A stretch of 64,000 nucleotides of DNA from Chlorokybus atmophyticus (Eukaryota > Plantae > Mesostigma and Chlorokybus algae). The translations under genes were made by a program, and so were the position numbers. Of this stretch, positions 1 to 11,653 are shown piece by piece. How positions within the stretch are numbered: position 1 is the first letter of the stretch; every line of letters begins with the position of its first letter. The notes under the pieces are model-generated. The model was not told the DNA's origin, ran no database searches, and saw nothing but the letters and a program-made list of their open reading frames with translations. The DNA lies in the NCBI GenBank assembly GCA_009103225.1, contig RHPI01002264.1:294170-358169 (forward strand), given 5' to 3'.

Positions 1-208
1 GGTCCCGTTAGAAGCAGGGGGCAAACGGAACGGGCAGTAACCATCACTTCTGGTTCTGTCGCCCGACCATCGGCGTCAGATACACCGTACACTCCCCCGA
101 GGACCGTATGTTGGGGAGCCCGACCCACTAGTTCACTCGAAACCCCCTCCGAGGAAGTGAATGAATACCTACTACACTGCTAAGTAGACTAAGTAGACTT
201 ACGTAGTG

Positions 209-372
209 GACGTGACAGCGGAAGCATGGGACGCGGCTGTTCAAGTTGCAGCCAGCCACTGTGTTTGGTCTCTTGTCTTATCTTGAGCCAGCTGGACCGC
301 ACAACGCAGCAGTTAGTGACGCAACCCCGTCGGTGTCAACTTCCCCCGCGAACACAACGTAGACTTCGCTGA
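209..372 (+). promoter_or_regulatory. Conserved upstream module, copy 1 (sense, ~210 bp before the RLK1 ATG)
   Basis: GACGTGACAG..GCATGGGACGCGG..TCAAGTTGC..TTATCT.GAGCCAGCTG..GGACCGCACAACG..TGACGCA..TGTCAAC..AACAC..GTAGA is alignable by eye with 23851-24044, 28757-28987 and revcomp 31874-32075. Regulatory role is inferred from position. Confidence 0.6.
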
Positions 373-579
373 TTACACAGTTTCCCACTTCTCTCCAGCA
401 AGGCGTGGGAAGCCTATTGCTCATGATGTGATCGCATGCCTTGAGAGAGGTTGTGTTGGTTTGAGGCTCGCAGTTGCCGAGCACAACGGCCAGCTGTTGG
501 CCATGGAGCGCTTGTGTTGAATAATACCAGCCGATTAGAGAGCGTCATAGCAGCCCGTTTTGTTGTTGAAGTCGCTGCC

Positions 580-809
580 ATGGTGCGCTGGTTGGTGAAC
601 AAATGGCTATGGCTGTGGCTGCCGCTGCTGTGCCCCCCTGCAGCGATGGCACAAGTACCAGGTCCGTCACTGTCACACTGTGTCCGCCTCATGTCGTCTC
701 TCTCTTTCTCGCTCTCTGTCTCTTTCACACACAGCTATGTCCTACTATGCATGAACTAGTGTGCATATGGACTGCAATTTGGCACAACCAAAGACTCCTT
801 CCCTTGATC

Positions 810-858
<49 letters not shown>

Positions 859-3660
859 ACACACGGGAGACCGCCATTCCAATCACTGTCCTGCCATTCG
901 CATATAACGCCAGCACAGTTTACGCACACAGCAACTATATCTTCAGCGGCGAGTGTGTAGATCTTACACTGACAGGACCGCATGCGCCTGATCTCGTGTT
1001 CCGGTAAGTGCTGGTGTCTGCATGCATAGATCAGTCTCGTGTTGTCTCTTCACAGCTGAGGCTCAGGGCTGTACGTTGGCGCCTGCTACCAGGTACTCTC
1101 CTGCGGCAGATGCTCTACTGGACGTTGGCACATGCCCTACCAATTTTGACACGGTGCTGTTTGTTTGCAATCCGCCGGATGGCTTGGGCAACTTCAACTG
1201 CTCTCTCGGATGTAACGATGATGGCTGTGGTTACCATGGGTCCCAATTGACTGCGCTTCAGTTCCGTGGCGGCAATACCTATTACATCGTGAGTTTGAAC
1301 TTGAACTTGAATGCTGCTGCACGTATGTTGTTTTTCTCTTGGTCATCTGCGACAACGGTAGCTATGACCACTCTGTGCGGCAACCAGTATGTGACAGGTT
1401 ACGATAGTGCGAGCGGTAATTTCCAGCTTACCATGAACTACACTACTTCGAGCTTGACGTCTTCACCACCGCCACCACCATCGCCGCAGTCCCCTTTGCC
1501 TGCTCCTGCTCCGGATCCCCCACCTGCCTTTGCTCCCGCACCTGCCTTTACACCCGCACCTGTCTATAGTTACACTTCCGCACCCGCAAGTGCCACCTCT
1601 CCATCACCGTCAGCTGCAGCTTCATCCATCACCTCTCCAACCCCAAGCACAGCCACGGCCTCAGGCAGCAGAGGCTCTGCTTCTACATCAAGCGGAAATG
1701 GTATGACATGGCTTTCTGATGTGGATAACCGTTACCACCCACTCACTGCTGTGACGGTTTGCGGCTCGTGCAGGGGCAGGGGTGGGCGGAGCGGTGGCTG
1801 GTTCCCTGCTAGCGGTGGCTTTGGTTGTCGCTGGAGGGTATGTGTATTGGCGCAAGAGACGCGGGCAGCCCATCATACCTTTCACCACCTATGCACGTGC
1901 CTCAACAATTGGAAAGCTCGATGACACACATGCGTTGTCCCCTGCAGATCTTCCTCCTCCTGCTGCAGCTGCCTTCTTCCGCTCCCCCAACGGTCACGAG
2001 CACACCATAGGTGAGTGCCTGATGTCAAAAGCAACGTAGACTGATGCAAGCACGCAACCGCCCGCGCACAGTACCAACCCTCCCTACGCCTTTCTTTCTT
2101 CTAGCAGGGTCGCTGCCAGACGATGGTGTTGTCGTTGTACGTGTCGGTGGTCAAGACCGCCAGCTGTCACGCACTGCTTTAGCTAGAGGCAATGCTGGCC
2201 AGCTCAGGCAGTTCTCCTTTCAGGAGATACTGGCAGCAACGCAGTGGTTCAGCGCGCAAAGGCACATCGGCAGCGGAGCCTTCGGAAACGTATACAGGTG
2301 CGCACTACATGCACGCATGCGCGCATGCAGTCATCAGAAAGTGCATCAACTGTTGTTGTGGGTCTTGACTTGACGAGGGTTTTGTCTGTGTACGCAGTGG
2401 TCGCTTGCATGATGGCACGTGGGTGGCCATCAAGCGCCTTTCTTCTTCTGCGGGTGTGGTGATGAGCAGGGAGCTGGATACGGAGATGGCTGTGCTGGCC
2501 AAGGTGCAGCATCCCAACCTCGTGCGCATGCTCGGGTTCTGCCAGGAGGACGAGCAGTGTGTGCTTGTGCTGGAGCTCCTAGACAAAGGACCGCTCGATC
2601 AACACATCTACAAACGAGGTGAGTGAGGGAGTGAACATTTATGATACAGGAGTTGGGGCAAAGTTGACTCTGGTATGGTCTGCTCAGGCAACACATTTAC
2701 GTGGGCGCTTCGTCTGCGAGCGTTGTTTGGGGTCGCCAAGGCCTTGGCGTATCTGCACCACGAGCTGCCGGAGCCACTCGTCCACAGGGACATCAAGCCG
2801 GCAAACATTCTGCTGGACGCCAACTACCAAGCCAAGGCATGCACATGTGACTGTACTACTACTAGACTGTCGACACACCATCAGCAGGAATACACACAAC
2901 ACTAATGAGCACAACAACAGGTGACAGACTTCGGTCTGGTGCGCGAGGTGCCAAACAATGCGACACATGCGCACTCTGCCGTGGCCGGCACATATGGGTA
3001 TATAGTTCCAGTATTGTGCTTGACATGCAACGTAAACACGCACGTACGTGTAAATTGGAATTACAAGTCTTCACCAAAAATCACTTAGTTGTATCCTGCC
3101 CGTACAGCTACCTTGCGCCAGAGGTTGTGGAGTTTGGCATTTACCGCCCCAGCTCGGACGTGTACTCCTTTGGGGTGGTGATGCTGGAGGTACTGACCGC
3201 TCGCAAGCCGCTGGACATGACCAGGCCCGCCACGGAGCAGCGCCTCGTGAGACTGGTAGGGAGACAGCAAAAAGTAAAGTACACGGCACGCTCCTCATTC
3301 ACAAAAGATGTTCCATACCACATGCAAGCAAGTTTCAAAGCTGCACACATGCAGCGTGCACGCTGCCAGTTTCATTTCTTGTACTGTATTTACTTGGCTG
3401 CATGAGGACATCATGCATGTACGCGCCCACATATATACACATATACGCAGGCTGTGTCGAAGGTGGCAGAGGGTCCTGGTCCGTTCTCCACCCTGTTGGA
3501 CCCCACGCTGCAGCTGCGCGAGCACGGCGACGTGGCTCAGGCGTTTGGCGTGGCGAGGCTGGCCGCCCGCTGCGTGGCCAAGGAGGCGGAGACGCGGCCC
3601 GATGCGAGGGAGGTGGTGGCCAGGCTGGAGGAGGTGGGGTGGTGGGGTGGGAGTTTGTGA
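580..3660 (+). CDS. RLK1: receptor-like kinase (RLK/Pelle) with signal peptide, PPC-like beta-sandwich ectodomain, Pro/Ser stalk, TM helix and RD kinase; ~656 aa
   Basis: Hand-spliced exons 580-661, 856-1003, 1093-1288, 1388-1700, 1774-2010, 2108-2297, 2398-2618, 2688-2836, 2921-2997, 3108-3255, 3451-3660 stay in phase (1971 nt). Kinase motifs [44 protein letters not shown]; [23 protein letters not shown] followed by RKRR. Confidence 0.9.
812..854. repeat. (AC)n microsatellite in RLK1 intron 1, abutting the acceptor AG
   Basis: Direct reading of the sequence. Confidence 0.98.
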
Positions 3661-4609
3661 TGTTGCTTAGATGTGGCTGAGAGATGTTTGTTACACCACA
3701 TAGCTATACGGTTGAATATCTCACCTGTCATTTAAGTAATGAAGCTGTGGGTCATCATTGGAAAACTTTTTGATGCCTGGCCATTGTGAGCAGGCATATA
3801 ATAACAGGGCAACACGCATTGGGAACACGATACAACAGCATGTCACCATCTGAGCAGACAACAAACTGATGTATCTGCAAAGTTAGCGACATTGCCATAG
3901 TGATGTAGCAACGGATTGGAGAAATAGATAGTTACTACGTTTGCATGTTGGGATGGGCAACACTATTTGCGTGCAAAGTGGCAGGTCCAAGTTGGATAAA
4001 CTGTTGCATCACATGTACCTATGTGCATATTGACAGGTATGCATGCTTTACGCGTAATTGTCGGGCTGCGCAGGGTTGAATGTGAAGCTGTCTCGAGTTG
4101 TTCAGGTGTGATGGTGTGGGTGTGTGAGAATGGCTGCACATGTGTTCATGGTGGCGTGTGACACAAGTGAAGGCAAAAGAATACCCCCCTGCTGAGGATA
4201 CTGGGTATAGGCTCATGGGATAGATCCCACGTGCGTGTATGGCCAAGGGCAAACATATTAATAACCATAGGCGTGACAGCTGTCGGGCCTGGCAGGCTCG
4301 TGTGCCTTTCCGGATCGATCCCAACTGTACGGCCATGATGAAGACTGGTGACAGTCTTAAGGATGCCTAGGAGTGTAGCTGCACAGTGCGGAAGGCGAAG
4401 AATACCCCCTTGGCTGCAGCTGCTTGTATGCATAACACATACGGTGATACCAACCTGTGATGCCATTGAGTGTACTGTAGGCTCTGCGTGTGGAATGCCC
4501 TGCTAACAATGTAGAAGAGAGCAAGTCAACAAGCCACCCCCCTGTGAACTTGGGAAGTCTGCTCTTGTGAGCAGTTCTTAACGAAAATGGGGAGGCCCGT
4601 TGATGCGGC

Positions 4610-5230
4610 TGTCCTCACACAGGATGCCTCCAGGGGCACAGCGTCTTTTGGAGGGTCGAGGCATTAGCAATGCATGCCGGCGTTGCAGTCATTGCACAAC
4701 ATCAAGAGTGCGTCGTCGGCGACACTGCCGCACTTCTCACACCGCTTGCTGCGGCTGGGGCATGGATGCTGTGATGATGTTGAAACCTGCAACGTGTGGA
4801 AGGTGACATAAAGCACAGTCACAAGAGTCTTCATGTTGTCCTTGAGTCGCTCGCCATCATCGCCGAGCAGTTGCAGGACTCTGGAGGGGAGCACTTTCAG
4901 AAAGTTGCAGATGACGCGCTTGTCACTGATGTGCACATGCATGGTGTCGTGGGTGTGGGTCATGCGGTAAACATAGTCACCTGCCTCGAAGCGGCGATCG
5001 CGCTATTCGTAATACCCACTGCGAACACACTCGTAGTGCAGCGTGTTGCGGTGCTGACGATGTGGAGATTGCGCATGGCCATGGGAATGATAACACGGTA
5101 TGCTATTGTAATCACAGGTTGTCCGCACTTCCTACCAACTGGGCAAATCGCATATCATTGCAGAACCTGCGGATTGCTACCCTCGAGCACAATGCAGTAC
5201 TACTGTTGTACATGGTGGCTAACATAACAA
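4610..5230 (-). mobile_element. Remnant of PHD-tailed Gypsy family (integrase tail plus PHD finger)
   Basis: Minus ORF LLGDDGERLKDN..RCEKCGSVADDALLMLCNDCNAGMHC*CLDPP aligns to 15410-15890 (+). Confidence 0.8.
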
Positions 5231-5639
5231 ATCGCAGCATCAGCCCACAATGACAACTTGTAAATAACCCAGCGTATGCTGATGGCCCTGGAGTGAGTCG
5301 CTACCTGCAACGCTGTCTCTGACATGTTGCAGTTCGTGGACTACAGCACGCCTACTTCTCCAATGTGGTCCCTGTCGAACACGGTTTTATTGAACCTTCT
5401 CCAGTGAGGCAATCTCGTGCCTCTGCAGCGATGGAGGAACGCGGATGCAACACAATGACACGCCACAGAGCTCGAGCCGCTTCCATGCTGTGCGTTTGCA
5501 ACCCTAGCGGTGAAGGGGCTGCCCTGCAGTCACACCTTCTTCAGGGTAGAAGGCCTGTAGTGCGTCATGATGTGTGCTAATGCTCGCTCGCTGTCGTGAG
5601 GAGCCGAATGCTGTGGTCACGCTCTATCTCCACTAAGCA

Positions 5640-6283
5640 TACAAACCACTCCCACAAATTGTGATGTACATAAACTCGTATTCCTTCTTGTTGGCGTGCA
5701 ACTCCACGTGTTCGTTTATTAAATGGTCTAGTCCGAAACTCGATCTCAGCCGTCCGATTTGCAATTGACATATGCCATATCCAGTTTTCCTCTAACGACT
5801 TGTGTCAGAGGAGGCATTGATATGAAAATTAGCAAGGCCATATCGCATGGCCCATTTGATAATTACAATACCAAACTCGTTTCGGCGGCATAATGGCTTA
5901 AGTCGCACTCGCTTCGCTCGTCGAGACATAAGCCGTATCGCCGCCTCACTCGTTCAATATTCTATATGTACTTTGCGCTCACATACATAGCATCAGTAGA
6001 TCTCATGCGTGCCATAATTGACGTTGTCCTCCAGCAAGTGCCCGGCCCCTACAGTGTGCTCCAGCGCTTTGCTGTTCGTTCCCAAGTACTCTTCAGACAT
6101 GACTCGCCATTGCTGCAGCAGGGCATCGACGTAGTCCATGTGGCCTCTTGTCCATCCCTCGACCCGTGTGATTGAACATGCGGAATACCTCATGCACATC
6201 ATTGTCACGCTAACCGTCCAGGAGGGCTCATTTCCCTCGTGTATGCCTACATCCGACCTGTCTTCCGAGCTACCGGCATACAT
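5640..6283 (-). mobile_element. Degenerate CACTA/Plavaka-like transposase fragment, interrupted by a ~250 bp insert
   Basis: Minus translation GHLLEDNVNYGTHEIY*CYVCERKV resembles the HL.E...YG....W.Y..ER motif of En/Spm-type transposases; reading appears to resume as VELHANKKEYEF below 5710. Confidence 0.45.
5711..5965. mobile_element. Small non-coding hairpin-rich insertion without TIRs
   Basis: Three stem-loops (5788-5812, 5836-5852, 5884-5945); splits the transposase-like reading frame; boundaries approximate. Confidence 0.45.
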
Positions 6284-9200
6284 GTCCCCTTCAACCAGTC
6301 CAACTCTCCCGTGCTACTGGCATCAGTCCTTCACCACCACTGAGTAGTTCCATGACAATCCTCATAGGTACTCCGCGCAGCTGACACGTTGGAGTTCCGA
6401 CCCTACACCCGCGACTTCCTAACCATACGCTGGAAGTCACGACCACCTAGCCTCACGATCCAGTCAAGAACTTGGAACTTCCAACCAGGAGGTCCCTCGA
6501 TTCTAGCTGCCCGTGAATAGACTCGCTTTCTGCCGTTTAAACTAGATAGTTTAATATTGAACAATTAATGAATAGCCGTGATTAGACCGGTTAAGCTTGC
6601 TAAACCAATGGCTCACATGTGTTCATACGATAGTATGAGTAGATAGACTGTTTACTTATATGCTTGGTGAAACTGTGAGTGAGTATAAGCGCATAGACTT
6701 GCAAAAGTGTAATAGCTGCTTATGTTGTAAAGCGTGAAGTTTGCTATTGCATGCTGCAAGTGTTGTGTTGTTGCGAGACTCGGAGACAATAAGTGAAGGG
6801 GTGCGACTGCACACAGCAAGCCATTTCGGTTGACAAGAAGCCTTCATACCTATGAGAGAGTGCAACGTCTGCAGCGTGCGTGTTTCTCTGATCTCACTGT
6901 ATGTGAGCTTGGTTGCATTGTGGGCACGGTGCGAACAATTACCATCCGGGTGTGGCATCACTTTGTTGCTACATTCATTCACCTCACTTAACAGTTGATA
7001 TACCCATCTTCACTCACACAAGGTTCTGCAATTACGGCACTACATCTAGTAGTGGCTTGTTGACTCACATTTTCACCCACCTATCCTTAAGAGAGTGCGT
7101 GTGCACCAATGTTGCTTGCATCATTGCAATAGTGGTCGTGTTCGCACTGGGTGGTAGCATGATTTGCTTGCACATAGCGCACCATCAGTCGCAAGTGTGT
7201 GAGGTGATGTGCGAGTGGTTTACCAGTAGAGCACACACACTCTACTGGCTGCATACCCTCTCTCAGCGTGCACCTGCATGAGTGAGACTCAGTTTTTAGG
7301 AGCCCACATGCTCGCAACTACGGTGGCCCTGTTCTGAGAACTTTCTAAAAAGAGCCCCAGTGACTTTGTCGGCTGGATACCATTGTCATCCTCGTCATAC
7401 CAGAGGCGTTTGAGCTATGGATCCCGTCCGTCATCAGCTCACAGTTCCCGTCAATCCACTTCTCGTTATCGTCTTCACGCCCACGACGCTGTTGTCGACA
7501 TTGACGACATAGAGTCCCTTGGCAACAAGCACGCGCTGTACTTCTCTGACCGTCCTGGCACCACCCCTCTGGATGACTTCATTGTCAAGTTCGACTCCAA
7601 GATGTGCTACCAGGCATCCAAGCTCGGCCATTGGTCAGATGAGATGTCCTACAAGGAAAGCTTCGCGTCGCTGCCCAATACCTTAAGCATGAAGCTCAGC
7701 GATTCTAGACGTCTGTAGCCATTCAGCACCGCATCGCCGGTTTTCGAGACACTGTCATTGTCCCCTTGCCCTTGGCTGCCCCTGCACCCGTGTTTCAACC
7801 TGGACCCCTGCCTGGGACCGTGCTGGGTGACGCGCTGGCAACCGCTGCAGCTGAAGCGGAAGCAACCAACCCACATGTTGTCCAAGGGGACATGACTGCT
7901 GAAGAGTTTGTCGAGGCTCCACATCTATGTGCATATGAGGTGGAGTTGCGTGTCCAGAGTATCCGACGAGAGCGCCACTAGGAGCAGGGGCAGGAGGAGC
8001 ATGAGGAGCACCTGCGGCAATAGCAGCTGCTCCTCCTGCTCCTCCTGCCCCTGTTGTTGGCAACGCTGCTGCTGCCTCACCCAAGCCAACACGTGCCACC
8101 AACCAGACGCTGTTCCGAGCCTGCGGCATCTCCGTGGGATCAGCCATTGTCGGCCGGCCATCCTTCACAATCAGAGTGGACTCCACTCTGACTCGGACGT
8201 GTCGGACACGTCCGAGTCTCCACTCCAAGACCTGTACGCTGCCCTACGGCGCACCTTTCCTGCTCAGAACAGCCAAAGAGCTGCGTCGCTTCCCGCAAGA
8301 TTGGTGAGGACCCTCTGCGCATGTACACGCGCCTGGCTCAGCTGCTGAGAGACACGACCTATGGCATCATCAGCGACGAAGTTGCTGCTGTCTTGTCTTG
8401 TTTGTCATCCAATTGGAACACCCGCAGAGTGACACCGTCAGCCAGACCCTGAACAACACGCGGCCACACGGTTACTCTCTGTCTCAGGCTTTTGAGGTAG
8501 CATTTGCGCTATACGAACGGCGTGTGTGGGAGAAGGCAGTCCTGGACATGAACAGCTCCAGTTTACGCGCACCGGCTCCCTCGCCTTAGTCAAGATGAGA
8601 ACGGACTCGCATCAGTTCTTGACACAATGAAGGCGCACCAAAGGCAGCTCATGCTGCCTGCACTCCCTGCTCCCGTCCTATGCCATCGTCGTGGGCGCCA
8701 CGGACATAATAAAAAGGAGTGTACGGTCGAGTACGACACCCTGGTGTGTGACCACTGCTAGCAGACGGGACATCTGGAGGCATTGTGGTACACCAAGCAC
8801 CCTGAGTTGGGGCCAGCCGGTGGCTACAACTATAACAACAACAACACTGGCAACAACACTGGCTCGCGCCGAGACGACGCCAATGGCTATCGTGGGAAGA
8901 ACCGCCCCTCACAACAAAAACAAAACAACAACGGGCGCGCACGCGTCGCTGCCACACAAAAGGCACCAGCCACAGAGACACTTGAGGTAGTCGCGTGCAG
9001 CTCTCACCGCATGGGTGGACGAGCTCACTGCTCAGCTGAAAAGGCAGGGCGATGATTACCAGGCCTGCTACGCTGTTTTCCGTTACACTGGCGTGGCAAC
9101 CAAGCGTGATCGGGACTCTCACCGCGAGGGCAAGAGGCACAACGTCTCGCAGGTGAAGCGGCAGCCGCAAGGCAAGCGCCAATTGCAGCTTCAGACACCC

Positions 9201-9541
9201 CGGAGGCGTCAGCTGAGGCTTCCACCTCGGCCATACCAGAGGCACCGGGACCAATACGCGCAGGTCGCGCACAACAGCGGGCACTCCAACAGGGTGCTGC
9301 CGCCGCCGCCGTCCAGCAGGCCACCGTTGTAGATGACTCGAGTGGTGCCGTCTGTGCTGCCGAGGCTATCTACGCTGCTAACCCAAACCACTTCAGCTGC
9401 ACGCCTTGCAGCTGCGGGGTTCACCACCGCCGTCGCCGCTCGCGAAGCCTTGGAGGATGAAATTGTCAACGGCATAGGCCCCACACTACACGAGCGCCGT
9501 GAGCTATCACACCAGCACTACAACTTATAGGTAGCGCAGCT

Positions 9542-9690
9542 GGCCTTTACCGTCTTCTGAGGGCTCTGAACACGCTATCGCGCCGCCCCTCCACCATGCC
9601 CAGCAGAGACTCTGAGGCCTTTACCGTCTTCTGGGGGCTCTAGACACGCTATCGCGCCGCCCCTCCACCATGCCCAGCATAGACTCTCAG
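9542..9690 (+). repeat. Tandem duplication, 2 x 74 bp, between the gag-like and pol-like regions
   Basis: GGCCTTTACCGTCTTCTG..CACGCTATCGCGCCGCCCCTCCACCATGCCCAGCA begins at 9542 and 9616. Confidence 0.9.
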
Positions 9691-10987
9691 GCAGGACCCC
9701 TCTCCGCTTGGCCCGCTGGACACTAACGATAATACGCGCATTTTAGCCCGGCCCCGCTCTTTGACAATGTCAACCTGCTGACCCTGACACAGCCGGACTT
9801 CACCATGCGTCTCGTGACCTTAGCCCAAGTACACACATGGGCAGTGGCGCAAAGACGGGCCCAACAGCAGAGGCCACCTGCCACGCATCCCCCGGCACCA
9901 TTAAGGACACCCCTCGGAGCTGCACACGAGGCTGCACAGAGCCCCGAGGAGTTGCGACTGCTAATGATTTGGCCACCAGAGCAGCGCTATCTTGGGCTGG
10001 GCTACTTGACACCTGAAGGATACCTTCATCGCTCGGGCGCGGGCTTGGCAAAGGAGCAGCGCATCCGTATCTAGATCATGCAGGATCTGAACCCCAACGC
10101 CGGCTACATCACACGGCGTCTTCGCGACCTGCTGGGACACCATCCTCTATACCGGGTACAGGTGCAAGCCCTACTGGATGGTGCACAACCACCCCGCCGT
10201 GCCCATGATTGCATTCGGTATTCGCTGGGAATGGCTGAGCGCGTTCGTGCGATCCATGATGCAAGCACTCGACGAGGAGGGGGGCCAGGCGCTAACCAAC
10301 GCCATCAACATAGCTGATGTTCTCTCACGGATGCCAGGAGCCAAAGCAGCCAGACAACATGACCGCATCCGCATCTTCTACAAACAGCGGCATGTTCGTC
10401 AGCATCGGGAACCAACCACCACCCTTTGCGTTCGCGCTATAGCGGTGCTGGAGATGGGAATCGTGGGTGGTCGCTGATCGCCGTGTTATATTAGAGATAC
10501 TGCGCGTAAACACCCTCACTCACATTCACGGACAAAAGCTGATCATGACCCTCTACTTGCCAATGCGTCGCGTAGAGTTCCATGACCACGATCACGAACC
10601 CTCGGCTATATGGGAAACCACGCTAGTAAGGGAAGCATCACAGAAAGCGCGATGCTTTCTATTCAAGACATTTCGACCAAGCAACTTTGGATTCCCACGA
10701 CGCCAAGACGGTGAATTAGGGCCACCAGAGGGTCCTTTGCCGTCATCAACAGCTGGTGGAGCATGACCATCCCAGCCACCAGCACCGCTAGGTGGCTTGC
10801 CCGGCGCTGGTCAGCCACAGCAACCACCATCAGGTGGATGATCAGGCACAGGTAAGCGCACAACCATGGCAGCACAGCGCACCATTACCCCTGCCTCTAC
10901 ACCGTTCTCTGCCTCCGCACCGCACCGTGCTCATGACCGACTCAGCGTCTCAGCCAACGCTGTCATGATCGCCACCAAGGCAAGCAC

Positions 10988-11308
10988 GTGCTCATTGCCG
11001 GCAGAGCACAAAAGAGAGTATTATTGGACACCGGCGCACAGCCCGTGTTCATTGGCAAGCACCTCGCGCGCACCCTCGGCATCACCGCAGCTGTCCTACG
11101 CCCTTGCCCGTACTCCCTCAGCACTATGCTCGATACTGAGCAGCAAGCACTTGACATCACAGTGCGTGCCATCACCCTTGTAGAACTCGACCCTGCTCAC
11201 ACCACCACGGTGGACTGGCACTCTGTGGGTACGGACTCTGGTAAATATGACCTGATCCTCGGGCAGGAGTTCAACTTTCTTATCAGCATCGAGCTCAGCT
11301 GCTGGTAA
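10988..11308 (+). pseudogene. Retroviral-type aspartic protease domain of the DNMT-Gypsy
   Basis: VLLDTGAQPVFIG...YDLILGQEF. Confidence 0.85.
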
Positions 11309-11653
11309 AAGAAGACATGGTTTTGACCCACTTGGTACACCGGCAGCAGCATCGCTGCAGAACTCCATGTCACCATGATCGCGACAATGCCAACACACGC
11401 AGTGCATCGATGGCAGTTCGCATCGAAGGCTTTGATCGCATCCCCTACAACGACACCCAGCAACCAGCAGGTGTGGAGGTGGCTCTGCAGGACCCCACGC
11501 ACCAATCAACAACAAGCCGTCATCGCTGCCAACTCTCTGCTGCACACATAAAGCTTCCCAAAGTTCCTTGCCTACCGTAAACCAAGGTGTGTCCGTGAAC
11601 AGCATTGTGTGGTGATGGGCATGGTAGAGTTCCACGCATTCAGGCGCAGACAT

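Noticed and set aside
181-198. 9-bp tandem duplication TAAGTAGAC as a transposon excision footprint
   Set aside because: Indistinguishable from simple slippage without an allele for comparison.
6350-7380. Candidate 5-prime LTR of the DNMT-Gypsy
   Set aside because: No matching sequence found after the PPT-like tract at ~15950 and no clear PBS or TSD.
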